Shown: positions 9,888 to 21,133, numbered from the stretch's first letter. The stretch: 64,000 nt of DNA from an uncultured Fibrobacteria bacterium (GCA_963716395.1 OY970309.1:928001-992000); one strand, 5' to 3'. Notes: generated by a model not told the origin, from the letters alone. Translations and numbers: made by a program.

Positions 9888-12832
9888 TCCCGGCAGCCGA
9901 TCAGCCAGGCGATGGGAAAGTCTTGTGTGACGGCCTGCATATCCAAACCCCTTCCCCCAACCCCGCTCTGGACTTCGAACACCGTCCCGGTGAAAAGGTT
10001 GCTCCAGCGCGGGGGCGACAGGGAAGGCGGAAGCAGGATCCGGTCGGATTCCGGATCCCCGGTGGGGAGCCAGTGGGGATAGGGTTCGCCCTGAGAGGGA
10101 CCCAAGACCCGCGTCACGGCGATGAGGAACTCTTCGCCGCGAGCGCGGCCGAAGGCCAGCCACGGCGCCTTGGCCACGCCAGCCGAGGTCAAGGGAAGGT
10201 ACGCGCCGCGCAGGAACAAATCCGGAAACCGCTGACGCCAGCGCAAGCAACGGGCCAAGGCATAGAACTTGACGGCTCCGCTCGGCCATTGGGAGAGCAG
10301 TGCCAGCGTTTTTTCGCGGCGATCCGAAATCGGGTCCTCCGGCTGCAGCAGGGCTTCCAGCGAAGACCCGCGAGCCCGCCGGGCCTCGAAGTCGACCGGC
10401 CGGCGGTTATCCGGGTCGACGAGGGACAAATCCCAATTCTCCGTGCCTTGATAGATATCGGGAACTCCCGGCAGGGCGCATTTGATCGCCACCTGGCCCA
10501 GCGATCGCAGTACTCCCAGCCTCGCGACGGTACTCACAAACGGAAAAAACGCGGCGGTGAAGCGCTCTCTTCCCCGTCCGAACAAGAGCCCTTCCAGATG
10601 TTGCCGCAGGGCATTTTCATACTCGGCGTTGGGATTGATCCAACTGGTATGCGTCTTGGCTTCGCGGGCGGCTTTGACCAGGAATGCGAGCACGCGCCCG
10701 GAAAAGTCCGCCTCGGGTTCCCGCGGCGCTCCCGACGCCTCCATGGGCCAGCAGCCCACCAGCGATTGCAGCAGGATGTATTCATCCTCTTTGGAAATGC
10801 GCACGGCGCTTTTCACCCGCGCCGGGAGCCAGGGCGAAAAGCGCGCGAGCCGGCTCACCATCCGTTTCCATTCATGCGGCATTTCCGCCACGACGTTCAG
10901 GCGCGCCCGGGCGTCTTCTCCGCGTTTGGTGTCATGGGTCGCCGAAGCGATCAGGCCGAAAGGAAAATGGCGTTGGCGGGAGAGGATCTGGGCGTGAAAG
11001 GCTCCCGCGTCCGGACCGGTGGAATCGGGATCTCCGCCGACTTCGTTCCGGGAAAGCAAGACGGCGCGGCGGTAGAAAGCTGTGTCTTCCACGCCTTTGG
11101 CCTGCACGGGCGAAGTCAATTGCTGGAATTTATTCGCGAAGGCGAGACGGGCCGCTTGGGGAATGGAGGCCCCCGGCGCATGCGCAGGCAACGGCTCGAA
11201 CGGCAGGAGAACGGCGCGCAAAAAAGTGAAGATGGAATCGTCCATGGCGGGGTTGGCCTGGGCGGCCGACTGTAAAGCGCGATCGATGACCTGCATGTCT
11301 TCCGGGGCATACCCGGCTTCGCTGCCGTAGGTTCGGTAACGGGGAAAGGCGGCGATCACCTCGCGCAAGGCGTCGCGCAGGGCCTCCAAGGTGAAGTCAC
11401 GGCTGTTCCGGTCGGCCTCGGAGAGCCGATCCAATTGATTGGCCAAAACATTCAGATCGCTGGCCAGGGAGGTCGCCAGGATCAGGCGCTTGCAGCGGCG
11501 CACTTCTTCGGCGAAGGTTCCGTTCCACCCGGTGAAGCGGCGGTAAAAAGTCTCGAGCACCCGCACCCCTTTGGGGTTCACGAACAGGCCGTTGATATCA
11601 TTCAGGTATTCATAGCCGGTGGTTCCCTGCACGGGCCAGTCTGCGCGCAGCGATTCGCCGTCGGTAAGGATTTTCTCGACCACCACATAGGGCGGGGCGT
11701 CGGCCTGATCTTCCCCCACCGTGCCGGCCGAAATTTCCGGGACCGCCGCCGGCGAGGCCGCGGACAAGGCCGCGCGCAGCCAATGCAGGTATTCGGCGGG
11801 ATGGTACAGGCCGTCGATATGATCGAGACGGACGCCGGTAATCCGGTGGGCGCGAAAAAGTTCGATCAGTTTCTCATGGGTCGCCGCGAATGCCTCCGGA
11901 TTCTCCATACGCACCCCGAGCAGGCTATTGATGTCGAAGAAGCGGCGGTAATTGATTTCATGCCCGGCTGTCTTCCAAAAAGCCAGGCGATAGGTTTGCC
12001 TTTCGAGCAAATCGTGCAGCCGGTCAAAGCGGTCGTCGCCCTCTCCCCGCCCGTTGAAATCGGCGATGCGTTGCTCGACATAGGCGGCGACGGGCGGCGA
12101 GCGCTCCATCAACTCGGCCAGCCGCTTGCGCGCGACTTCTTTTTCCCGCTGGCGTTCGCGCACCAGAGCGGGGTCGGTCTCCAAATAGGTGGGCAGGTTG
12201 CGCAGCGAGGAGAGGATGCTCAAATACTCCATGCCCGCATCGCCGTCGGCATCAAAGGGCAGCCGGTCGATTTCACCGCCCAGACCCATGCCCAGGACCA
12301 GGGGCACCATGCGCGGATTGATGGGAAAACGGTTTTCCCAATAGCACAGCACCAGGGCGCCCGCTTCGATGCTCAGCCGCAGTTCGCCCCGATTGAGGAC
12401 GCGTCCATACTGGTCGCCCAGCACGGGCAGAAGAACCTTGCCTCTCAAGTCGGGTTTGATGGGCTCCCAATCGATGTCGAAAAAAGCGGCGAAGGGCGAA
12501 GACGGGCCGTTCTCAAGCACATCCCACCACCAGGGGTTGCTGGCGGGATCGGCGCCCATGTGATTGGGCACAAAATCGAGCAGGCATCCCAGGCCGTGGC
12601 TCCGCAGGGCTTGTGCCAGCCGTTCGAAGCCCGCTTCACCGCCCAGTTCCGGGTTTATGCGATGATGATCACAAATGTCATAGCCGTGCCGGCTGCCGGG
12701 TTTGGCCAGCAGAATGGGGCTCAAATACACCGCGCCGATCCCCAAATCGCGAAGGTACGCGATCAGGCCGTGCACGGCGTCGAAATCGAAGCCCTGATGA
12801 AGTTGCAGGCGATAGGTCGAATGGGGAATCAT
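9884..12832 (-). CDS. treY: Malto-oligosyltrehalose synthase
   Basis: [49 protein letters not shown] and [12 protein letters not shown] motifs. Confidence 0.96.
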   Translation of the reverse strand: MIPHSTYRLQLHQGFDFDAVHGLIAYLRDLGIGAVYLSPILLAKPGSRHGYDICDHHRINPELGGEAGFERLAQALRSHGLGCLLDFVPNHMGADPASNPWWWDVLENGPSSPFAAFFDIDWEPIKPDLRGKVLLPVLGDQYGRVLNRGELRLSIEAGALVLCYWENRFPINPRMVPLVLGMGLGGEIDRLPFDADGDAGMEYLSILSSLRNLPTYLETDPALVRERQREKEVARKRLAELMERSPPVAAYVEQRIADFNGRGEGDDRFDRLHDLLERQTYRLAFWKTAGHEINYRRFFDINSLLGVRMENPEAFAATHEKLIELFRAHRITGVRLDHIDGLYHPAEYLHWLRAALSAASPAAVPEISAGTVGEDQADAPPYVVVEKILTDGESLRADWPVQGTTGYEYLNDINGLFVNPKGVRVLETFYRRFTGWNGTFAEEVRRCKRLILATSLASDLNVLANQLDRLSEADRNSRDFTLEALRDALREVIAAFPRYRTYGSEAGYAPEDMQVIDRALQSAAQANPAMDDSIFTFLRAVLLPFEPLPAHAPGASIPQAARLAFANKFQQLTSPVQAKGVEDTAFYRRAVLLSRNEVGGDPDSTGPDAGAFHAQILSRQRHFPFGLIASATHDTKRGEDARARLNVVAEMPHEWKRMVSRLARFSPWLPARVKSAVRISKEDEYILLQSLVGCWPMEASGAPREPEADFSGRVLAFLVKAAREAKTHTSWINPNAEYENALRQHLEGLLFGRGRERFTAAFFPFVSTVARLGVLRSLGQVAIKCALPGVPDIYQGTENWDLSLVDPDNRRPVDFEARRARGSSLEALLQPEDPISDRREKTLALLSQWPSGAVKFYALARCLRWRQRFPDLFLRGAYLPLTSAGVAKAPWLAFGRARGEEFLIAVTRVLGPSQGEPYPHWLPTGDPESDRILLPPSLSPPRWSNLFTGTVFEVQSGVGGRGLDMQAVTQDFPIAWLIGCRD

Positions 12833-14748
12833 GCTTCGGCGATCCAGGCGCCGCCGCGCGGAAAACTCAGGGTGGGGGCGCCCTCCGCCCCGCGGCCGAC
12901 TTGAATGTCGCGGGGATTCGATTCAAAGGCCCTATCTTCCGACGTCAAAAGCGGCGTCCATTCCCGCTGTGCTGCGGGGGCCGGCGGAAGCTCAACGGCC
13001 ATCCCCTGCGGGCTCAGGCAAATCACCGCCAGCAGATGCCGATTCCCGGCCGAGCGGATCAAGACCAGGCCCTCCGCTCCGCGGGGCCGCACGTGAAAAT
13101 CCTTTTTATCCACCGAGTCCAGCGCGGGATGTGCGCCGCGAATTTGTAACAAGGCGCGATAAAATTCCAGCTGGCCGCGATGCGGGTCCTCGCCGCGTTC
13201 TTCCCATTGCAACCGGCTGCGCTGAAAAGTCGTTAGCGCTTGCGGATCGGGAATGGTGGCGCGGACTGCGGGATCTTGAAAGGCGGAAAACCCGGCGAAT
13301 TCCTTGCGACGCCCGGCCGTCACCAGCGGGCCCAAGGCGGCGGAATGATCCGTAAAGAATTGAAACGGCGAAGAGCAGGCCCATTCTTGCCCCATGAAGA
13401 GCAAGGGCGTTTCCGGAGCCAGGAGCAACAGCGCCGAGGCCGCGCGGTAGAGATCGGGAGCGATTTGCTGATGCAGCCTTTCACCGAAGGCCCGGTTGCC
13501 GATTTGATCGTGGTTTTGAATGCAGATCAGAAAGCGGCTGTAATCCAGTGGGTCGGGATTGCTGCCCTCCGACAAAGATCCTTCGGTTCGGCTGCCGTCG
13601 CGAAACCAACCGCGCGCCAAGGTTCGCGCGATGTGTTCCGCCGTTCCGTCGAAGTGGGCATAATAACCCTCATGGTCGCCGGCCAGATGACGGCGTAGGT
13701 GATGGTGAAAATCATCGGCCCAGACGCCGTCGAATCCCATGCCGACTTTTTCTATCGGTTGCGGAAAAGCGGCGGGATTGCGGTGATCTTCGGCATACAA
13801 CAGCAACTCCCGCTCCGGCGCAGCTTGCCGGGCGGTTTGCCGAGCGGTTTGCGTCAGCTCGGCCAGAATATGCGGGTGCGACGCATCGAGAATGGCGTGG
13901 GTGGCGTCGAAGCGCAACCCATCAAAGCGGTATTCCCCCATCCATTGCCGCACATTGGACGCATAAAAATCGCGCACGGCCCGGCTATCGATGCCGTCGA
14001 AATTCACGGCGGCTCCCCACGGGGTGGATTTTTCCGGGTTCAAATAATTTGAACTGTAGACTCCGGTGTAATTGCCGTCCGGCCCGAAATGGTTGTAGAC
14101 GACATCGAGAATCACGCCCAGCCCCCAGCCATGCGCCGCGTCGACGAGGCGGCACAAGGCTTCGGGCGTGCCGTAGCAACGCGCGGGCGCGAACAAAGCC
14201 ACGCCGTCATATCCCCAATTGCGCTCGCCGGGAAAATCGGCCACGGGCATAAGTTCGATGAGGGTTACGCCGAGGCGCTTCAGGTCTTCCAGCCTCGCGG
14301 CCGCCGCAGCGAACGTTCCTTCCGGAGTGAAGGTGCCCAGATGCAATTCATACACGCTGCGGCGGGCCGGCACGGGAAGGCGGGGGCGCGGATGTTGCCA
14401 GGCGAAACCAGACAAGTCGACGGCTTGCGAAAGGCCGTGCACCCCCTCGGGCTGAAAGCGTGAAGCGGGATCAGGAAATGGCCCGCGGCCGTCCACGATG
14501 AAGCCGTAGGTTTCGCCGGGCCGCATCCCCGGAAGGTGCAGGTTCCAATAGCCTTCTGCGTCTTTTTGCAGGGGGTAACGCGCAGCCTCCGCGCCGCGCA
14601 GCAGTTCGACCGATGCGACAGCCGGCGCCCAGAGGGAGAAAACCGCGGTTTTGTTCCCGTCTCGACTTTCCCAATGGCAGCCGGGCCGGCGTGGCGTCAT
14701 GCGCATTGCGGCCTCACGGATTTCGTTTCCATTCTTTGCCAATGCCAA
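12829..14748 (-). CDS. treZ: Malto-oligosyltrehalose trehalohydrolase
   Basis: PDPASRFQPEGVHG, RNWGYDG, DVVYNHFGPDGNY, QNHDQIGNRAFGER and PDPQ motifs; start could be about 14700. Confidence 0.95.
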   Translation of the reverse strand: MALAKNGNEIREAAMRMTPRRPGCHWESRDGNKTAVFSLWAPAVASVELLRGAEAARYPLQKDAEGYWNLHLPGMRPGETYGFIVDGRGPFPDPASRFQPEGVHGLSQAVDLSGFAWQHPRPRLPVPARRSVYELHLGTFTPEGTFAAAAARLEDLKRLGVTLIELMPVADFPGERNWGYDGVALFAPARCYGTPEALCRLVDAAHGWGLGVILDVVYNHFGPDGNYTGVYSSNYLNPEKSTPWGAAVNFDGIDSRAVRDFYASNVRQWMGEYRFDGLRFDATHAILDASHPHILAELTQTARQTARQAAPERELLLYAEDHRNPAAFPQPIEKVGMGFDGVWADDFHHHLRRHLAGDHEGYYAHFDGTAEHIARTLARGWFRDGSRTEGSLSEGSNPDPLDYSRFLICIQNHDQIGNRAFGERLHQQIAPDLYRAASALLLLAPETPLLFMGQEWACSSPFQFFTDHSAALGPLVTAGRRKEFAGFSAFQDPAVRATIPDPQALTTFQRSRLQWEERGEDPHRGQLEFYRALLQIRGAHPALDSVDKKDFHVRPRGAEGLVLIRSAGNRHLLAVICLSPQGMAVELPPAPAAQREWTPLLTSEDRAFESNPRDIQVGRGAEGAPTLSFPRGGAWIAEA

Positions 14749-14751
14749 GGT

Positions 14752-16881
14752 CTATCCGATTTTCTTCACCAGGCGGAGTAGGGCGAAAGAACGTTCCTTG
14801 ATGTGATATTTGGCCCCGATGCGCAACTTCACCGCCGGGGTTTCCGCCGACCAGGTGTCGATTTCCCTTTGCCACGCCATTCCCGCGGGAGGGCGGGGCA
14901 ACGTGAAGGCATGGGGCAAATGCTTGGCATTAAAGATCATCAGAAAGGAGTCGCCGACGATGCGATTGCCTTCTGCATCGATCTCTTTCATGGCATGCCC
15001 GACCAGCCATGTTCCCAGGCACAAGACATGCGGCGCCGACCAGTCCTTGTCCGTCATCTCCCGGCCGCTGGGGTGATACCAAAGAATGTCATGGACGCCT
15101 TCGCCGCGAATGGCGCGTCCTTGAAAAAACCGGCGGCGTTGGAAGACGGGGTTGGCGCGCCAGATTTCCGTGAGCTTGAGAGTGAAGCGAAACAACTCTT
15201 CCTGATGCCGATCCCACTCCCAATTCACATAGGAAATGACGTTGTCCTGGCAATAGGCGTTGTTGTTGCCGCCTTGGGTGCGCCCCATCTCATCGCCCTG
15301 CGAGATCATGGGCACGCCTTCGGAGAGCAGCAGGGTCGCGAGGATGTTCCGCTTTTGCCGTTCGCGCAGGGCGATGATTTCGGGAACGTCGGTGGGGCCT
15401 TCCGCGCCGCAATTCCAGGAATTGTTGTGGCTCTCTCCGTCCTGGCCGTTTTCACGGTTGGCCTGGTTGTGCTTTTCGTTATAGCTCACCAAATCATGCA
15501 AGGTGAATCCGTCGTGGGCGGTGACGAAATTGATACTGGCATAGGGCCGCCGGCCGCTGGCTTCGTACAAATCGCTGCTGCCCGTGATGCGGGTGGCGAA
15601 TTCCGCGGCGGTCCCGCCGTCGCCTTTCCAGAAGCGGCGCACGCAATCGCGGAATTTGCCGTTCCACTCGGTCCAACCGATGGGAAAATTACCGACCTGA
15701 TAGCCGCCCTCGCCCAAATCCCAGGGCTCGGCGATCAGCTTCACCTGGGACAGCACGGGATCCTGGTGGATGATGTCGAAGAAGGCGCCGAGTTTGTCGA
15801 CTTCGTGCAATTCGCGAGCCAACACCGTCGCCAAATCGAAACGGAATCCGTCGACATGCATTTCCAACACCCAATAGCGCAGGCTGTCCATGATCAATTG
15901 CAGAACATGCGGGTGGCGCATGTTCAAGGTATTGCCGCAGCCGGTGTAATCCATGTAATAGCGAGGCGACCCGTTCACGGTCCGGTAATAGGCCGTATTG
16001 TCGATGCCGCGCAACGACAGCGTCGGGCCGAGATGGTTGCCCTCGGCGGTATGGTTGTAGACGACGTCGAGAATGACCTCGATGCCGGCCAAGTGCATGG
16101 CGCGCACCATGGTCTTGAACTCGCGCACGGTGTCGTTGGGCGAAAGGCCGCGCGCGTAGCGGGGATCGGGCGCGAAAAAGGAGAGGGAATTGTAGCCCCA
16201 ATAATTCGACAGTCCCTTTTCCGTCAGATACCGGTCATTGGAGTGGAAGTGCACCGGCATCAATTCGACGGCCGTAACACCCAGGTTCCGCAAATGATCG
16301 ATGGCGGCCTCGGTCGCCAGGCCCGCATAGGTGCCGCGGCTGCCTGCGGGGATGCGCGCCTGCAAGCGCGTGAAGCCTTTGACATGCAGTTCATAGATGA
16401 AAGTTTTATGCCAGGGGGTGTTGGGCGGCCGGTCGTCGCCCCAGGTAAAGGCGGTTTCCACCACCGCGGCCAAGGGCACTTCGGACGCATTGTCGCGGGT
16501 GTCGAAGGAGAGGTCGGCGGCCTCGTCGCCGATGCGGTAGCCGAACATGGCGTCCGACCAATCGATGACCCGGCCGATGGCTTTGGCGTAGGGATCGAGC
16601 AGCACCTTGTTGTTGTTGAAGCGCAAACCTTGCAGCGGATCATACGGCCCGTCCACACGAAAGCCGTACAACTGTCCGGGTTGAAGGCCGGTCACATAGA
16701 CATGCCAAACCTGGTCGGTGGATTCTTCGATGGGAATGCGGAGCGCCTCGGATTCGGACTCCGCCGCGTCGAACAGACAGAGTTCCACGCGGGTGGCATG
16801 CTCCGAAAACAACGAGAAATTCACGCCATGCCCGTCCCACGTGGCTCCCAGGGGATAAGGTTTTCCGGGTTTGATTTTCAT
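14752..16881 (-). CDS. glgX: Glycogen debranching enzyme GlgX/TreX
   Basis: PGKPYPLGATWDG, NYWGYN, DGFRFDLA, KLIAEPWD and TQGGNNNAYCQDN motifs. Confidence 0.96.
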   Translation of the reverse strand: MKIKPGKPYPLGATWDGHGVNFSLFSEHATRVELCLFDAAESESEALRIPIEESTDQVWHVYVTGLQPGQLYGFRVDGPYDPLQGLRFNNNKVLLDPYAKAIGRVIDWSDAMFGYRIGDEAADLSFDTRDNASEVPLAAVVETAFTWGDDRPPNTPWHKTFIYELHVKGFTRLQARIPAGSRGTYAGLATEAAIDHLRNLGVTAVELMPVHFHSNDRYLTEKGLSNYWGYNSLSFFAPDPRYARGLSPNDTVREFKTMVRAMHLAGIEVILDVVYNHTAEGNHLGPTLSLRGIDNTAYYRTVNGSPRYYMDYTGCGNTLNMRHPHVLQLIMDSLRYWVLEMHVDGFRFDLATVLARELHEVDKLGAFFDIIHQDPVLSQVKLIAEPWDLGEGGYQVGNFPIGWTEWNGKFRDCVRRFWKGDGGTAAEFATRITGSSDLYEASGRRPYASINFVTAHDGFTLHDLVSYNEKHNQANRENGQDGESHNNSWNCGAEGPTDVPEIIALRERQKRNILATLLLSEGVPMISQGDEMGRTQGGNNNAYCQDNVISYVNWEWDRHQEELFRFTLKLTEIWRANPVFQRRRFFQGRAIRGEGVHDILWYHPSGREMTDKDWSAPHVLCLGTWLVGHAMKEIDAEGNRIVGDSFLMIFNAKHLPHAFTLPRPPAGMAWQREIDTWSAETPAVKLRIGAKYHIKERSFALLRLVKKIG

Positions 16882-17056
16882 GCTGTGGTCCGTAGGATGC
16901 GCGAAAAACTGCTCCGGATTGAATCCGGCCTTTGGAAGTATAAAACCCGCGCCGGATTCGGAAAAAGGGTCGGCGCCATCCTGGGGCATTTAGGCATTTT
17001 CGGCCCGTTCGCCGTTCGGCCTGCGGGGACCGGGCGGGTGCGAGCCCTTTCCGCCT

Positions 17057-18049
17057 TCAAGCCGCCGCATGCGGCGCCGAGCCTCGAAGCGCGGCCGCGC
17101 GGCCCATGCCGGCGCGCAGGAAAATCCAGCCGCCGAAAGCCGCGGCCGGAGACAGCACCAGGCGCATCCACAGCGAAGCCGCGACCCCGGCCTCGGGGCG
17201 AAAGCCGAAAAAGACGAATCCCGCGGCAAAGGCCCCCTCCGTTACTCCCAGGTTACCCACGGTGAGAGGCGCCAGGGTCGAAAGCGTGCCCAAGAGCATG
17301 ATGGGCGAGGCCTGCCACACCGAAACCGCGACCCCCGCCGCCCGCCCCGCGGCCAAGGTCAAGGCCACCAAGGTGACCTGCATCATTGCCGCCCGCACCA
17401 GCAGGCCCAGGCGCCGGCGGCCATCGCCCCAGATCTCTTTTCCCGCGGCCTGGAACTCCTGGGCGTCGCGGCCCGAACCCGGCAAATCGCGGCCGCCCAG
17501 GCGGCGCATCCAACCCGCCAAGGAAGGCAGGAGGCGCCGCAGAATCCAAGGTAACGCGAAGGTTCCCACCGCCGCCAACGCCGCACCCGCGGCCAGCATG
17601 CGCAAGGTTCCCCGCGCCGACACACCCAGCAGCACGGCCAACGAAACCAAGGTCGCCGTCCATTGCACGTAAAAGCCGCTGAGGCGATCGAGCCAGACCG
17701 CAGCCGCCGAACGGCCCACGCTGCCGGTATGGGGCGTCATCCAGAGTACGCGCAGGGCTTCGCCGCCCAGCCCGCCGGGCAGAAATTGATTGGCGAACAC
17801 CTTGACGCAATTGATGCGCAGTTGCAGCCGCACCGTGGTGCGGCCCGCCGTAAGCCAGGCGGTTTTCCAGGAAGAGACGAGCAGTTCGGCGGCAAAGGCC
17901 AGGGCCGCGGCCGCCACCCACACCGGCGAAGCCGATCGCAGCACGTGCGCGAGCTCGCGATGATCCAGGGGCAGCCACAAGAGCGGCACCACCAGCAAGG
18001 TCAACAGAATCCGCGCCGCGCGGCGCACGGTGACGCGGCTCGTCTTCAT
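17057..18049 (-). CDS. Lysylphosphatidylglycerol-synthase TM domain (UPF0104) putative flippase
   Basis: FANQFLPGGLGGEALR, VWLDRLSG and PLTVGNLGVTEGA motifs; polytopic membrane protein. Confidence 0.82.
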   Translation of the reverse strand: MKTSRVTVRRAARILLTLLVVPLLWLPLDHRELAHVLRSASPVWVAAAALAFAAELLVSSWKTAWLTAGRTTVRLQLRINCVKVFANQFLPGGLGGEALRVLWMTPHTGSVGRSAAAVWLDRLSGFYVQWTATLVSLAVLLGVSARGTLRMLAAGAALAAVGTFALPWILRRLLPSLAGWMRRLGGRDLPGSGRDAQEFQAAGKEIWGDGRRRLGLLVRAAMMQVTLVALTLAAGRAAGVAVSVWQASPIMLLGTLSTLAPLTVGNLGVTEGAFAAGFVFFGFRPEAGVAASLWMRLVLSPAAAFGGWIFLRAGMGRAAALRGSAPHAAA

Positions 18050-19032
18050 GGGGGCGCGGATTGCGGCGCCAGCGCACGCGCGGCTTCGATCAAGGTGGCA
18101 GCCTGATACCCATGTTCCAGAGCCCAGCGGCCGATGCCTTCAAGACGGGCGAAGAACGCATCGCATTCCGCGGCGTCGCTGGTATAGGGCGATGCCCCCG
18201 GCCAGAATTCATTCGAATGACACATGGCCTGCAGATAGCCGGCCGGCGCCAGGGAGGCCCCTACGCGGCGCATGGCGTTCAAACTGCTGAAGGCCGGACG
18301 CAGCCACACCGGCGCGTCGGGCCGCATCTGCCGCCAGATCGACACCAGCGGCATGCGCCGCGAATATAAAGGCATCGTCGAGAGCGAAGCCAACTTGCCG
18401 GTTTCGAGCCAGCGCGGCAGGCGCCGCGGCGCGTAAATGGAAACCGGAATCTCCACCAGCGGCGTGTCGCCCGGTTCGCAGGGATCGGATTCGCTCAGCG
18501 CATAGATCCGCGCCGGCGCACGCAAATACGAAGGCCGGGCGTTCGCCAGCCAGGAAATTCCGGGCGTCACGGTTGAATCGACAACGTAACCGTGTGCGCG
18601 CAAGAGGCCCAAGACACGCGCATCCAAAGTCCAGGCGCCGCCGCGAAAACTGCGGGGCGGCCCATAGTGATGCGTCAGGATTTCGTGCAAGCGGGCGAAC
18701 TTTTCCGGCAGCACGTCGTCGGGAACGCGCGCCAGATTGTCGCGGGCCACTGCATCCCAAGGTCCGAACGGCGGCGTGTCGGCGGGATGGAAATGCGCGC
18801 CGATTTCACTGCGCGCCTCCAACCCCGTCTCCGCCAGCAAACGCCGGAATTCGGGGTGGGCGGCCACCGAATAGGTCACGAGCAAGGTCGGCCGCAACTC
18901 CAGGACGCGGGCCACTTCCGCGAAACGTCGCAGCCCTTGCAAGCTCTCGAAGTGGAAGGGAACGCGATGCGACAGGCCTTGCCAGGCCACGTCGTCGGGC
19001 TCGGCGTCCACGGTGAGGAGAAACGGCCGCAT
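18046..19032 (-). CDS. Polysaccharide deacetylase (CE4/WalW-like)
   Basis: LTVDAEPD, EIGAHFHP, SFRGGAW, VDSTVTP and MCHSNE motifs. Confidence 0.8.
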   Translation of the reverse strand: MRPFLLTVDAEPDDVAWQGLSHRVPFHFESLQGLRRFAEVARVLELRPTLLVTYSVAAHPEFRRLLAETGLEARSEIGAHFHPADTPPFGPWDAVARDNLARVPDDVLPEKFARLHEILTHHYGPPRSFRGGAWTLDARVLGLLRAHGYVVDSTVTPGISWLANARPSYLRAPARIYALSESDPCEPGDTPLVEIPVSIYAPRRLPRWLETGKLASLSTMPLYSRRMPLVSIWRQMRPDAPVWLRPAFSSLNAMRRVGASLAPAGYLQAMCHSNEFWPGASPYTSDAAECDAFFARLEGIGRWALEHGYQAATLIEAARALAPQSAPP

Positions 19033-19041
19033 GCGCGCGCT

Positions 19042-19878
19042 TCAATTCCGCAGGCGGATGGCTTCGGCCAGCATGCCGATGGCGAACAGGATGAAGGCGT
19101 TGGTGAGCAGCAGCAAGGTGCCCTGCGCCAAATCGGCGGCGATCAAATCGCGCACCAGAAAACCCAGGCCGAACAAGGCCATGACGCCGCAGGCGGGCAA
19201 AAAGAACTTCAGCGGGTTGAAGAGCACCATGGTGCGCAAAAGCAGCAAGGTGAAATTGAACAGCGCCGACACTGGTTTGATTTTCGAGACCCCGGTGCGC
19301 CGGGCATAGGCGACAGGGAGGTACCGCACGCGATACATGGCGTACAGCGCGCCCACCGTGATGGTGCTGGTCAGCGAAAAACCGTTGGGTAAAAGATGGA
19401 GAAGGCGCAGGGCCAGGTCGCGGCGAAAAACGCGCAGGCCCGAGTTGATGTCGGGGATGGGATAGTCCACGGCATAGGAAGCCGTGGATTGCAGAAATCC
19501 CTTGGCCAGACGCCGCAGACCACGCTCGCGTGGTCGCTGGCCCACGGCCATGTCGCATTCGCCCAGATGCGCGCACAGGCGGGGAATGTCTTCGGGATCA
19601 TAGGTGCCGTCGGCGTCGATGATGGCCAGATAGTCGGAAGTACTGTGCAGAATGCCGGTTTTGATGGCCCCGCCGTAGCCGCGGTTGCGGTCCAGCGAAA
19701 TCACTTCGGCGCCGAGGTCGCGCAGCACCGCGTCGGACCCGTCGGTAGAGGCGTCGTTGACATATAAAATCCGGCATGGCTGGATGTCACAGTGCGTCAA
19801 GGCCGCCTGCAGGCGCGCATGAAAATCGGGCAGCGCCGCGCGCTCGTTATACACGGGCACGATCACGGTGAGGCTCAT
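19042..19878 (-). CDS. GT2 glycosyltransferase (polyprenyl-phosphate sugar synthase type) with two C-terminal TMs
   Basis: VIVPVYNE, VNDASTD, NRGYGGA, IDADGTY and DINSGLRVF motifs. Confidence 0.9.
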   Translation of the reverse strand: MSLTVIVPVYNERAALPDFHARLQAALTHCDIQPCRILYVNDASTDGSDAVLRDLGAEVISLDRNRGYGGAIKTGILHSTSDYLAIIDADGTYDPEDIPRLCAHLGECDMAVGQRPRERGLRRLAKGFLQSTASYAVDYPIPDINSGLRVFRRDLALRLLHLLPNGFSLTSTITVGALYAMYRVRYLPVAYARRTGVSKIKPVSALFNFTLLLLRTMVLFNPLKFFLPACGVMALFGLGFLVRDLIAADLAQGTLLLLTNAFILFAIGMLAEAIRLRN

Positions 19879-21038
19879 GCCGCGGCTCCGGCCGCAACCG
19901 GCATTCCCGACACCCCGAAGGCGCGCCAAGCCTCCAGCGCGCACTCCGCGTTGCGCGCCGGCGTGAAGGCGGCGGCGTCGCGGCGCGCCTGGTCGCCGAG
20001 GCGGCGGCGCAGGTCCGGGTCGATCCACAGACGAAGCATGGCGTGGGCCAAGGCCCCGGGGTCGCCCGGGCGCACCAGAATTCCATTGGATTCGTGGCCC
20101 ACGAACTCGCGCACGCCGGGAACGTCGCCGGCCACAGCCGGCACGCCGAAGCGGGCCGCCTCCAACAGCAAGGTCGAAAAGCCTTCAATGCGCGAGGTGA
20201 GCACGACGGCATACGCGCCGCCCAGGGCTTCGACCATCAAGTCGGCGGCCAGCGGCGGCTCCAGCGCCAAAACATCCGCCAGCGGACTCGACACGCGCAA
20301 TACGGATCGGCGCAGCGAACCGTCTCCCGCCATGCGCACCCGGGGAGGGGGCGAAGTCAAATTTTTAAGAATTGCGACGGATTGAACAAATAACAACGGC
20401 GCTTTGACCGGTTCCAGCCTTCCGGCCCACAAAAAATACGGCGCCGAAGGCGCGGCGGCGGGAAACCGGGACGCCATCTCTTCCGCCGGACAGGGAGGCA
20501 GAATGCGCGGATGCGGCGGCCTTCCGGCTTTTTCGGCCATGGTCAGTAAATCCTGAGACACAAAAAAATTTCCCTGCGTGCCGCGGAACAGCCAACGCAA
20601 ATACCACCGTATCGGCCCGTTGGGGCCGTTCGCTTTTCCGCCGTGCACGTCGGAGCCATGGTACCACACCCAATGCGGCACATCCCAGCGCCGGCTGAGA
20701 CGAACGCCCGCCCATCCCGCGGGAAAGGCCATGGCCGAAAAGACGGCGGCCGGCGGATGCCGTACCCGCCGGCATTGGATCTGCACGGCCGCTGCATAGC
20801 GCAGCAGCCGCAGTGAATTGGTTTCAAACATGGCGCGCCGCCCGAGGTCGAAACGAAGGACGGGAAAAGGAAACTCCGGAGCGGATACGCCCGCCGGAGT
20901 GGCAGCCGTCCAAATTTCAAAGCGCAATCCCCGACGCCAAAGCTCGCAACATAAAGAATACAGGTTACGACCGCACCCTCCGCCCACGGGCGGAAATTCG
21001 TGGCATAACATCAAAAGCCAAGGCGCGCTGGCGGACAT
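19875..21038 (-). CDS. GT4 glycosyltransferase
   Basis: HEFPPVGGG, HGSDV, GRLEPVK and EGFSTLLLEA (EX7E) motifs. Confidence 0.9.
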   Translation of the reverse strand: MSASAPWLLMLCHEFPPVGGGCGRNLYSLCCELWRRGLRFEIWTAATPAGVSAPEFPFPVLRFDLGRRAMFETNSLRLLRYAAAVQIQCRRVRHPPAAVFSAMAFPAGWAGVRLSRRWDVPHWVWYHGSDVHGGKANGPNGPIRWYLRWLFRGTQGNFFVSQDLLTMAEKAGRPPHPRILPPCPAEEMASRFPAAAPSAPYFLWAGRLEPVKAPLLFVQSVAILKNLTSPPPRVRMAGDGSLRRSVLRVSSPLADVLALEPPLAADLMVEALGGAYAVVLTSRIEGFSTLLLEAARFGVPAVAGDVPGVREFVGHESNGILVRPGDPGALAHAMLRLWIDPDLRRRLGDQARRDAAAFTPARNAECALEAWRAFGVSGMPVAAGAAA

Positions 21039-21133
21039 GCGACTTATTTTCGCATTTTCCCAGCGGACAAACCGAAATCGCCGGGTTCGCACCAGCCGGA
21101 GTCCATGACGGCTTCTATTTTTGCCCCTTCATC

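Noticed and set aside
7916-11275. 1119-aa ORF as a genuine giant protein or overlapping gene
   Set aside because: The C-terminal half is the antisense shadow of treY; one indel gives a normal end at 9887.
14803-17265. 820-aa plus-strand ORF and similar long antisense ORFs throughout the window
   Set aside because: They mirror well-supported genes on the other strand, as expected in high-GC DNA, and show no recognisable motifs.
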